Below are positions 19,219-27,630 of a stretch of DNA of 29,236 nucleotides, piece by piece. This DNA comes from a virus (Duplodnaviria > Caudoviricetes). Numbering within the stretch: position 1 is the stretch's first letter; each line of letters starts with the position of its first letter. The stretch lies in IMG/VR virus record IMGVR_UViG_3300030708_002383, positions 1 through 29,236 of that record. The stretch is one strand, 5' to 3'. Both the position numbers and the translations under genes were made by a program. The notes beneath the pieces are model-generated. The model saw only the letters and a program-made list of their open reading frames with translations. It made no database searches and was not told where the DNA came from.

Positions 19219-19419
19219 ATGAAAGATACAAATAGAAAAATTCAATTATATTTAATTATTATTATGTCAATACTATATGTTGGATTAATTATAAAAATAG
19301 CATTAGATGATCCAGCTGAATTTTTAAGAGTAGGTGTTCCTATACTTGGAGGAGGTGCCGCTAGTGCACTTACAATTTATGGAGTACTTATGCTTTTGCT
19401 TCCTAAAAATAAAAAATAA
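19219..19419 (+). CDS. Small two-TM membrane protein
   Basis: 66 aa with two hydrophobic stretches and basic termini. Confidence 0.6.
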   Translation: MKDTNRKIQLYLIIIMSILYVGLIIKIALDDPAEFLRVGVPILGGGAASALTIYGVLMLLLPKNKK

Positions 19420-19422
19420 TTT

Positions 19423-20373
19423 ATGAGAAAAATTGCAGTTATAACACCAGTAAGACATTTAGAAGGTATTGAAGATCTTCTTGCAACAAAAGGCCAAGTA
19501 GTATATTATGAAAAAGCTAGTAAAGATGAAGTTGCAAAAGCTTTACTAATTCATATGATTGATACAATTGTATGCAATCCAAATGAACAAAAATATAAAA
19601 TAGATGAAGAATTATTGAAAGGAACTAATGTTAAAACTATTAATAGTTGTTCAACAGGATTAAATCATATTGATTTAAATTATTGTAAAAATAATAATAT
19701 TGAAATACAATGCCATAAAAATGATTACGAGTTAATCAATAATTTACCATCAACATCAGAATTAGCATTTGGACTTATGATGTCGTTGCTAAGACAAATA
19801 CCAGCAGCTCAACAACATGTAAAATTTTATCAATGGGACTATACACAGTTTATTGGTAGACAATTGAAAGGATTAAATATTGGAATAGTTGGTTATGGTA
19901 GATTAGGTAAAATGATGTACAATTATTGTCAAGCTTTTGGAGCTAATGTAAAAATATATGATCCATATGTTAAAGAAGAATTATCAGATTTTTTCTTATT
20001 GAATAATTGGTGTAGTACATTAGAAGAATTAGTTGAATGGAGCGATGTTGTTTCATTACATGTTCATGTTACAAAAGAAACTACTCATATGATTAATAAG
20101 AAATTATTTGGAAATTTGATAAAAAGTTTATATATTATTAATACATCAAGAGGCGAAATTGTTAATGAACATGATATTATAGACGCATTAAATAATGGAA
20201 CCTTAGCAGGATATGCAACTGATGTTATAACAGATGAATTTGGTGATTTAACTAAATCGCCTATAATTAAAGGAATGGATAATAAATTAAATATTATTGC
20301 TACACCTCATATAGGTGGCATGACTTGGGAAGGTCAACAAAAAGCATATGAATGGAGTATAAACAAATTATGA
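19423..20373 (+). CDS. D-isomer-specific 2-hydroxyacid dehydrogenase (SerA-like)
   Basis: TGLNHID, GIVGYGRLG, YDPY, SLHV, INTSRG, TDV..DE, TPHIGG. Confidence 0.9.
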   Translation: MRKIAVITPVRHLEGIEDLLATKGQVVYYEKASKDEVAKALLIHMIDTIVCNPNEQKYKIDEELLKGTNVKTINSCSTGLNHIDLNYCKNNNIEIQCHKNDYELINNLPSTSELAFGLMMSLLRQIPAAQQHVKFYQWDYTQFIGRQLKGLNIGIVGYGRLGKMMYNYCQAFGANVKIYDPYVKEELSDFFLLNNWCSTLEELVEWSDVVSLHVHVTKETTHMINKKLFGNLIKSLYIINTSRGEIVNEHDIIDALNNGTLAGYATDVITDEFGDLTKSPIIKGMDNKLNIIATPHIGGMTWEGQQKAYEWSINKL

Positions 20374-21245
20374 AAAAAGATTGGTTATTAAATTTAGCAC
20401 AATATGAAACTCCAATTGGAGAATATGCTTGTACAATAGAAAATCATACAGGGTTTTGGTCTCAACATGGCGAAGAAGGTGTTATAGAATATTTAATCGA
20501 TAATATAGGTTCTATTAAAAAATTTATATTGGATATTGGATCTGGTAATACACCATTAGGTTCAAATTCGTTTAGATTATTAAAAGAACATGCATGGGAT
20601 GGTATACTAATAGATGCATTGGGTACATCCGATGACAAAAAAAATTATATCTATCATGAACCACCAAGGTATCATTTTGTTAATGATGCAGACTTTGATT
20701 TATTTGTATCAAAACATATCAATACTTTTTTTGAGAAAGATACAATTGTAGATATTTTAGAAGAAAATAAATGTCCAAAACAGCTTGGAATTTTGTCATT
20801 AGATATTGATGGTATGGATTATTGGATTCTAAAAACTTTATTGGAAGCAAAATATACACCTAGTATCGCAATAGTTGAATTCAATCCAAAATGGCATCCA
20901 AATGAATCATATACAGTAAAATATAGAATTGGCGCAAAGAAAAATGACAAGTTTACTGGTAAAGGAACAGTATACGGAGCATCATTATTAGCATTTACTA
21001 GATTATTTGAAATACATGGATATACATTAATTCATGTAACACAAAGTCCAGCTAGTAATGGTAAAGGTTCTGATCCAAAAGGAAATAATGCATTCTTTAT
21101 AAAAAATAATCTTATAAATAATTCAAATATCAATGATATAAACGAATTATTTCCAAAAGGCTTTATACAACCTGCAAAAGAAAAAGCTCAAAAAAGTGAT
21201 AAAGCTTTAGAAATCAAAAAAGGATACTGGGAGAAAATAATATGA
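20370..21245 (+). CDS. FkbM-like methyltransferase
   Basis: SQHGEEGVI, LDIGSG, WDGILID, LSLDIDGMDYWI, VEFN, YGASL; ATG 20370 overlaps the upstream TGA. Confidence 0.75.
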   Translation: MKKDWLLNLAQYETPIGEYACTIENHTGFWSQHGEEGVIEYLIDNIGSIKKFILDIGSGNTPLGSNSFRLLKEHAWDGILIDALGTSDDKKNYIYHEPPRYHFVNDADFDLFVSKHINTFFEKDTIVDILEENKCPKQLGILSLDIDGMDYWILKTLLEAKYTPSIAIVEFNPKWHPNESYTVKYRIGAKKNDKFTGKGTVYGASLLAFTRLFEIHGYTLIHVTQSPASNGKGSDPKGNNAFFIKNNLINNSNINDINELFPKGFIQPAKEKAQKSDKALEIKKGYWEKII

Positions 21246-22069
21246 AAGAACAAATAGAACAATTACATAATGATGGGTATCTTGTTTTAAAAGATGTTTT
21301 CAATAAAGATACAATGATGGAATGGAGAGATCATTTGATAAAATATTTTTCTAATCGTGATAATTGTTGTAAAGTAGAAAACTATCAAAAAACTAAACCA
21401 GATGCTATTAACTATAAAGAATTTGATTTACATCTAGATTTTTTTCGAAGTGAAAAATTAATTTCAGTTCTACGAGAAGCTTGTGGAGGTGAATTAAAAT
21501 ATGCACATCATTATGATACACATATTGATATTGCTCCTGGTAGAATGCATCATGATGGTGGTATTAGACATTTGGCATGGAAATGGAATGAAGGACAAAT
21601 TAAAAAATATCTTAAAGAAAAATATGATTTAACTATACAAGAATTATGTAGAACTAATACATGGAAAGAATATAATAAAGTTTTTGAAGATACAAATAAT
21701 AAGTATCTAGTAAAAGGAGAAGAATTATTAGTTTATAGAGTTGGAACATATTTACAAGATCATTCAAAATCAGGTGGCCTCGCTGTTTTAAAAGGTAGTC
21801 ATAAAAAACCACATAAAGAATGTAAACACGTTTATGCGCCATGTGCAGTAGGTGATGTAGTTATATGGGATTGTAGAGTTTTTCATGCAGCAACTGGTAA
21901 AGGTAACAATAGATGTTTTGTACATACAGCATTAGGAAAACCTAATTTTCTATTAGATTTATATATAGAAGCGACTCAAGCTAGAGTTACAAAACAAAAT
22001 GGTAAATCAAAATACGTATTACGTGAAGAATTAAAACAAGTTTTAGAATCAATGAAAATATTATATTAA
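21242..22069 (+). CDS. PhyH-family Fe(II)/2-oxoglutarate dioxygenase
   Basis: DGYLVLK, HxD (MHHDG), GGLAVLKGSH, GDVVIWD..VFH, downstream R. Confidence 0.85.
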   Translation: MKEQIEQLHNDGYLVLKDVFNKDTMMEWRDHLIKYFSNRDNCCKVENYQKTKPDAINYKEFDLHLDFFRSEKLISVLREACGGELKYAHHYDTHIDIAPGRMHHDGGIRHLAWKWNEGQIKKYLKEKYDLTIQELCRTNTWKEYNKVFEDTNNKYLVKGEELLVYRVGTYLQDHSKSGGLAVLKGSHKKPHKECKHVYAPCAVGDVVIWDCRVFHAATGKGNNRCFVHTALGKPNFLLDLYIEATQARVTKQNGKSKYVLREELKQVLESMKILY

Positions 22070-22711
22070 ATGAAAAATATATCAGTTATTATTAGATGCA
22101 GAAATGAAGAAAATTATATCGGATTTGCGATACAATCAGTTATAGATCATTTTCAAGAACCAGAAATTATAATTTTAGATAATAATTCTACAGATGAGTC
22201 AATGAAGGTAGTATCATTATTTGATAGACATGATATTAAAATATACTCTATCAATAAAAATTATACTCCTGGCAAATCATTAAATTTTGGTGTTAGAAAG
22301 GCAAGTAACAATACAATATTGATATTGTCAGCACATGCTCAAATAACCAATGTAGATTTTGATCAAGTTAACGAAGATCTGGAACACAATGTAGCCGTGT
22401 TCGGTCAACAGAATCCTATTTATAAAGGTAAGAAAATAACTAAAAGATACATATGGAGTCATTTTCATAACGAAAGAGAACAAAATATGTTTTCTGGAAT
22501 AGAAAATAGATACTTTTTACATAATGCTTTTTGTTTTTATCGGAAAGAAACTTTGATTAAACATCCATTTGACGAAGCATTATCAGGTAAAGAAGATAGA
22601 TATTGGGCAATAGATATGAGAGATTCTATGGACAATTATTTATATGACGGAACCTTAACATGTAATCATTTTTATACACCTAATGGTGCCACTTGGAAAG
22701 GATTAGGATAA
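22070..22711 (+). CDS. Glycosyltransferase family 2
   Basis: ISVIIRCRNEE, LDNNSTD, LNFG, LSAH, EDRYW. Confidence 0.85.
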   Translation: MKNISVIIRCRNEENYIGFAIQSVIDHFQEPEIIILDNNSTDESMKVVSLFDRHDIKIYSINKNYTPGKSLNFGVRKASNNTILILSAHAQITNVDFDQVNEDLEHNVAVFGQQNPIYKGKKITKRYIWSHFHNEREQNMFSGIENRYFLHNAFCFYRKETLIKHPFDEALSGKEDRYWAIDMRDSMDNYLYDGTLTCNHFYTPNGATWKGLG

Positions 22712-23640
22712 TGAGAATAGCATTTTTTACAGAAGGAAATTGGTCAGGTAAGGTTGAAAGAACCAACCAAAATATGAGAACTGAATTAGCCTGGATGTGT
22801 GCATTAGATGCAGATCATTATAATATTCATGAAGGAATGAATACAAAATACATGGGTAGATATGATCTAGGAATAGTTATCATTCCAAAAAAGAATCCAC
22901 AATTTGATTTAGAGAATATAAAGAAATGGTGTGTAAATGTAGCATATATGCAAGAAGGTCCTCATTGGTATTTTCAAGATTATGATATAGAAAAACAAAT
23001 TTGGTTCTATAATACATTACAAGATATGGATATGTTATTTGTCCATAATGAAATAGATAAAAAATATTTTGAAGGATTAACTGGAAAACCATGTCGAGTA
23101 TTACCAAGTTTAATGATCGAAGATTCAATACAAGTCCCTAAATTTAACAGATCAAATGTTATGATAGGAGGAAACTTTTGTCATTGGTATGGTGGATTTG
23201 ATTCTTATATTGTTGCTCAAGAATTTGATTGTGAGATACATGCACCAAGTATGGGTAGAAAGATTGCAAACGAGAATTGGATGGACGGTCTAAATCATTT
23301 ACCTTATATGAATTGGGTAGAATGGATTCATACATTGAACAAATATAAATTTGGTGTCCATTTAATGAGAACGCATGCAGCAGGAACATTTGCATTGAAT
23401 TGTGCATATTTAGGCATTCCATGTATAGGTTATGAAGGATTAGATACTCAAATGAATTGTCACCCAGATTGCACAGTTAAAGTGGGTGATATAACTCATG
23501 CAAAACAAATAGCTGAAAAACTTAGGAAAGACGAAAAATTTTATTTATATTGTAGTAATAACGCAAAAGAAAGTTATAAGAAATATTATCATGAAAATCA
23601 GTTTAATACAACCTTCAAGAAACAACTTAAAGTATCTTAA
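22711..23640 (+). CDS. Divergent GT-B (GT4-like) glycosyltransferase
   Basis: AAGTFALNCAYLGIPCIG C-terminal GT-B signature; TAATG overlap at 22709-22713. Confidence 0.65.
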   Translation: MRIAFFTEGNWSGKVERTNQNMRTELAWMCALDADHYNIHEGMNTKYMGRYDLGIVIIPKKNPQFDLENIKKWCVNVAYMQEGPHWYFQDYDIEKQIWFYNTLQDMDMLFVHNEIDKKYFEGLTGKPCRVLPSLMIEDSIQVPKFNRSNVMIGGNFCHWYGGFDSYIVAQEFDCEIHAPSMGRKIANENWMDGLNHLPYMNWVEWIHTLNKYKFGVHLMRTHAAGTFALNCAYLGIPCIGYEGLDTQMNCHPDCTVKVGDITHAKQIAEKLRKDEKFYLYCSNNAKESYKKYYHENQFNTTFKKQLKVS

Positions 23641-24832
23641 ATGGTCATATGATGCTATTAGAAAGAATCAAGGATATCACGATGTAGAAATTTGTGTAGC
23701 AGATGATTTTTCTAATGATGGCACATGGGATTGGTGTGAAGAAATAATGGATAAAGATCCTAATTTCAAAGCAATTAGGAATAATGGACCTACTAGACTA
23801 GGTCATACAATATTATATGATAGATTAGTTAATGAGGTAGCTAAACATGATATTTGTATGATATATCATGCAGATATGTATTTATGTCCTGGTGCTATAA
23901 ATTCTATTGAAAAACATATGAAACCTAAAACTATAGTTTCATTAACAAGAATCGAGCCACCATTACATCCGCCAGGCCCAGAAAAGATATTAGTTGATTT
24001 TGGTATCGAACCAGAAGAGTTTGATGAAGCAAAATTATTAAAATATATAGAGGATTCGAAAAAAGAAAGAGATAAAACAACTGAAGGTATATTTGCACCT
24101 TGGGCTTTTTGGAAAAAAGACTTTCAAGAAATAGGAGGACATGATGCATTATTTGCTCCACAATCAAAAGAAGATACTGATATATTTAATAGGTTCCATT
24201 TAAATGGAATAAAATTTATACAAACTTGGGAAGGTTGCGTTTATCATATGACATGTAGAGGTTCAAGATTTGCAGATGGAGCTAAACGAAATCCTGATGG
24301 TCAAGTTTTTATGAAAAATAGAGAAACTGATGAATGGCTGAAACAAAATTATAGATCAACAAGAAACTTCGTCAGAAAATGGGGACATATGTGTAAACAT
24401 GATGAATATATGAAACCTATAGTTCCACCAAAATATAATATTGGTATAGTTCTTAAGAATGCATCACATCATCATTTAGAAACATTAGAGCCATGGTGTA
24501 GTATTATATATCATGAAAGACAATTTCCAGGAATAGATACACCTGAAGATTATGTTAACAGAGAACAACAGAAGACTATGTATATAATGGCACAACGTGT
24601 TAAATGTTTAGATAATCTAACACCAGATAATGATATTATTATTGAAATAGACGGCCATAGTTTCAATCAAAATGATTTTCAGTATATACAAAATTTTGCA
24701 GAAATAATTGCAAATGATAATGAATTATACGAGGAAGAATTACCTTGTGAATTTGAATTAGGAACAATGAAGATTACAATAAATAAATTACAAACATACG
24801 AAAAGGAATTAATATTATGCAAAGGGCAATAG
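23591..24832 (+). CDS. Glycosyltransferase family 2 with C-terminal extension
   Basis: ISLIQPSRNN, VADDFSNDGT, HADM, IGGHD, EDTD, YH. Confidence 0.87.
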   Translation: MKISLIQPSRNNLKYLKWSYDAIRKNQGYHDVEICVADDFSNDGTWDWCEEIMDKDPNFKAIRNNGPTRLGHTILYDRLVNEVAKHDICMIYHADMYLCPGAINSIEKHMKPKTIVSLTRIEPPLHPPGPEKILVDFGIEPEEFDEAKLLKYIEDSKKERDKTTEGIFAPWAFWKKDFQEIGGHDALFAPQSKEDTDIFNRFHLNGIKFIQTWEGCVYHMTCRGSRFADGAKRNPDGQVFMKNRETDEWLKQNYRSTRNFVRKWGHMCKHDEYMKPIVPPKYNIGIVLKNASHHHLETLEPWCSIIYHERQFPGIDTPEDYVNREQQKTMYIMAQRVKCLDNLTPDNDIIIEIDGHSFNQNDFQYIQNFAEIIANDNELYEEELPCEFELGTMKITINKLQTYEKELILCKGQ

Positions 24833-25722
24833 TAACAGGAGGAGCTGGTTTTATAGGTTCTCATATAGTAGATGAATTAGTTAAAATGGGAGTTCAAGTA
24901 ACGATCATCGATGATTTTTCAACAGGTAAAGTAGAAAACGTCAATCCAGCAGCTTATTGTTGGAAACAAGATTTAGCGACAGTTAATATAGATGATCTAA
25001 CTCAATTTATGGAACATGTTGATACGGTATTTCATTTAGCTGCATTAGCAAGAGTTCAACCATCAATTGAACAACCTATTCCATATCATGATGCTAATGT
25101 AACTGGTACTCATAACTTATTGGTTGCGGCCGCGGATGCAGGAGTTAAAAGATTTATTTTTAGTTCATCAAGTTCAGTATACGGTGATGCAAAAGTTCCA
25201 ACATCAGAAGATCATGTATTGAATCCTATTTCTCCATACGCATTACATAAATTAATTGGAGAACAATATTGTAAATTATTTAGTACATTATATGATATTG
25301 ATACAGTATCATTAAGATACTTTAATGTTTACGGAGATAGAATGGCATTAGATGGTGCATATAGATTAGCTATTCCAATCTTTGCAACTCAAATTAAAGA
25401 AGGTAAACCATGTACAATAAATAATGATGGTAACCAAAAAAGAGATTATACATATGTTGGAGATGTAGTTAAAGCAAATATTATGTGTGCTAAGTCTTTA
25501 AAAGAGTTTAAAGGTGATGTGTATAATGTTGGTAATGGTGATAATGTATCTGTAAATGAACTAGTTGATATGATGGGTGGAGAAAAATCATATGGAAATA
25601 AAGTTATTGAACCATTTGAAACATTGGCATGTAATGCAAAAATAGATTTAGATTTAAATTGGAAACCAGAAGGGAATCTGAAAAAATGGATAAACAAATA
25701 TATGGAACAATTTAATGGCTAG
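24817..25722 (+). CDS. NAD-dependent nucleotide-sugar epimerase/dehydratase (GalE/WbpP-like)
   Basis: TGGAGFIG, HLAA, SSSSVYG, YxxxK (YALHK), LRYFNVYG, RDYTYV. Confidence 0.93.
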   Translation: MQRAIVTGGAGFIGSHIVDELVKMGVQVTIIDDFSTGKVENVNPAAYCWKQDLATVNIDDLTQFMEHVDTVFHLAALARVQPSIEQPIPYHDANVTGTHNLLVAAADAGVKRFIFSSSSSVYGDAKVPTSEDHVLNPISPYALHKLIGEQYCKLFSTLYDIDTVSLRYFNVYGDRMALDGAYRLAIPIFATQIKEGKPCTINNDGNQKRDYTYVGDVVKANIMCAKSLKEFKGDVYNVGNGDNVSVNELVDMMGGEKSYGNKVIEPFETLACNAKIDLDLNWKPEGNLKKWINKYMEQFNG

Positions 25723-26554
25723 GAAAAGTACAATAGGAATAGTAGGACAAGGATTTGTTGGTACTGCAGTTAATGAAGGACTTGCAAAATTTTATAATAT
25801 TGAAACATTTGATATTAAAAAAGATAGTACATGTAGTTCATTAAAAGAATTAATCGAAAAATGTCAATGCATTTTTATATGTGTTCCAACTCCAATGGCC
25901 AAAGATGGTTCATGTTATACTGGCATGGTAGAGGATGTTATAATAGATATCAATAGAATGACAAGTAAAAAGAAAATATTGATAGTTAAGTCTACTATAC
26001 CACCAGGCACAACAGAAGAGTGGAATAAACAATATGATAATGTTGATATTGTATTTAATCCAGAATTTTTAACAGAGGCAAATTCAATTGAAGATTTTAA
26101 GAATCAAAATAGAATTATAGTAGGAGGTCCAAGACCAGCAACAACAAAGGTAGCAAGAATATTTAAAAAAGCGTTTCCAAAAGTTCCTATTATTAAAACT
26201 GGATCAACATATGCAGAAATGGTTAAGTATGTTACTAATAGTTTTCTTGCAATGAAAGTTTCATTTGCAAATGAAATATATGAAACATGTAAGGGGTTAG
26301 GTATAGATTATGATAAGGTAATTGAATACGCTCAAAGAGATGAAAGACTAGGATATTCGCATTGGATGGTTCCAGGACCTGATGGAGATTTTGGTTATGG
26401 TGGACATTGTTTTCCAAAAGATGTTCAAGCATTTATTAAGGTGGCTTGTGCTAATGATGTACATCCTTTAATGTTATTAGCAACTCATGCTAAAAATTTA
26501 GAAGTGAGAAAGAATAGAGATTGGGAAGAACAAAAAGGTAGAGCTGTAGTATAA
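25715..26554 (+). CDS. ugd: UDP-glucose/GDP-mannose 6-dehydrogenase family, short form
   Basis: GQGFVG, ICVPTP, KSTIPPG, NPEFL, EMVKY..N, GYGGHCFPKD. Confidence 0.88.
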   Translation: MARKSTIGIVGQGFVGTAVNEGLAKFYNIETFDIKKDSTCSSLKELIEKCQCIFICVPTPMAKDGSCYTGMVEDVIIDINRMTSKKKILIVKSTIPPGTTEEWNKQYDNVDIVFNPEFLTEANSIEDFKNQNRIIVGGPRPATTKVARIFKKAFPKVPIIKTGSTYAEMVKYVTNSFLAMKVSFANEIYETCKGLGIDYDKVIEYAQRDERLGYSHWMVPGPDGDFGYGGHCFPKDVQAFIKVACANDVHPLMLLATHAKNLEVRKNRDWEEQKGRAVV

Positions 26555-26796
26555 TGCAATACTTTATCTTACCATCAGGATATGAACAGCATGACCTAAT
26601 GAATGAAAATTATTTATTAGGTGAACAATCATTCAAAGTTTTCTGGTCAGGTTCAGGATTTCAAAGATTAAATCGTATTATAAAAGAAGCACCAGATGTG
26701 CTGGAACATATTGTTATAATAGATGACAAAGGAAATAATTATTCAGTAGAAGAATTTCTAGATAAAATAAAAAAATTACAAATCAGGACACAGTAA
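26554..26796 (+). CDS. Hypothetical protein
   Basis: 80 aa with TAATG coupling at both ends. Confidence 0.7.
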   Translation: MQYFILPSGYEQHDLMNENYLLGEQSFKVFWSGSGFQRLNRIIKEAPDVLEHIVIIDDKGNNYSVEEFLDKIKKLQIRTQ

Positions 26797-26942
26797 TGCC
26801 AAAGATTAGACGAGATAGGATGGACGAGCTCCAACCTATGAGAGAAAAACGCCCACGCAGGAAGGCAGAAAGGTACGAAGAATTCACTCGAGACCATTCA
26901 AAACGAAACAAGAGAAATAAGAAACGACCTTCAAAAACATAG
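26796..26942 (+). CDS. Small Arg/Lys-rich protein (48 aa, not in the ORF track)
   Basis: TAATG overlap at 26794-26798; MPKIRRDRMDELQPMREKRPRRKAERYEEFTRDHSKRNKRNKKRPSKT*, TAG at 26940-26942. Confidence 0.6.
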   Translation: MPKIRRDRMDELQPMREKRPRRKAERYEEFTRDHSKRNKRNKKRPSKT

Positions 26943-26959
26943 GTAATCTCTTGGCCTGC

Positions 26960-26977
26960 CATATTTATAATAAACAT
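26960..26977 (+). promoter_or_regulatory. Putative late-promoter motif, copy 3
   Basis: Intergenic CATATTTATAATAAACAT followed by AAGGAG (26983-26988) and ATG 26998. Confidence 0.5.
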
Positions 26978-26997
26978 AAATTAAGGAGAAAAATACT

Positions 26998-27630
26998 ATG
27001 TACACAAGAGAGCAAATCGAAGAAGCTGTAAAAGCAAAAGGCTACAAATGGTTCGAAGACGTTAATAACAAAGGCTATGATGTTAACATTGTAGGAATCA
27101 GAAACAATGAAACAAAAGGTAGAGTTACTAATGCATTCGATGATCACATTACAATTTCATATAAGGTAGATGGAGAATGGAAATTCCATTGTTATAAATG
27201 TACTACCGACCCAGGAACACATTGGGTGGAAAATATAATGAGAAAAGAAGGAGTAGCAGTATTAAAACCAGGCCAATACAGAGGATCTCATAAAATTAGA
27301 TTACATCAAGGAAAATATCCTGCCTTAGGACAACAAAGAGATGTAACTGTTTATAGAGATAACAATAAGGATGGTAAATTTGATTTAGATGATGACAATA
27401 CTCAAACTGGATTATTTGGAATCAATATTCATAGAGCAACAGCAAGACCAGGAAGAACATCAACTAGAGTAGATAAATGGTCTGCAGGTTGTCAAGTTAT
27501 TGCATCAAATGATGATTGGCATGAATTCTTAGACATATGTTATGAGGCCAAAGCTATTTGGGGTAATTCATTCTCATATACATTATTAGAATCTAATGAT
27601 ATAGCACCAGAAGAGGAAATAGGTTGTTAA
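26998..27630 (+). CDS. YkuD/L,D-transpeptidase-like Cys-His protein, putative endolysin
   Basis: GINIHRA...WSAGCQV (His...SxGC dyad), TTDPG, PGQY, EF-hand-like DNNKDGKFD. Confidence 0.6.
   Translation: MYTREQIEEAVKAKGYKWFEDVNNKGYDVNIVGIRNNETKGRVTNAFDDHITISYKVDGEWKFHCYKCTTDPGTHWVENIMRKEGVAVLKPGQYRGSHKIRLHQGKYPALGQQRDVTVYRDNNKDGKFDLDDDNTQTGLFGINIHRATARPGRTSTRVDKWSAGCQVIASNDDWHEFLDICYEAKAIWGNSFSYTLLESNDIAPEEEIGC

Noticed and set aside
17127-20373. Amino-acid biosynthesis AMGs (aroF, serA)
   Set aside because: No other shikimate or serine genes are present, the synthase substrate motif is altered, and both genes sit among sugar-activation genes.
131-22710. Longest-ORF starts at 131, 3207, 5050, 14479, 20352 and 22693
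   Set aside because: They overlap upstream genes; downstream ATGs at 179, 3273, 5083, 14512, 20370 and 22711 fit the coupling or SD patterns better.
5943-26554. Ordinary bacterial O-antigen or capsule locus
   Set aside because: It is flanked by phage-type genes and has no visible flippase, polymerase or exporter; kept instead as a phage glycan island.
26943-26997. Rho-independent terminator or ncRNA in the intergenic gaps (also 5890-5942)
   Set aside because: No convincing GC-rich hairpin with a U-tract, and the gaps are too short for a tRNA.
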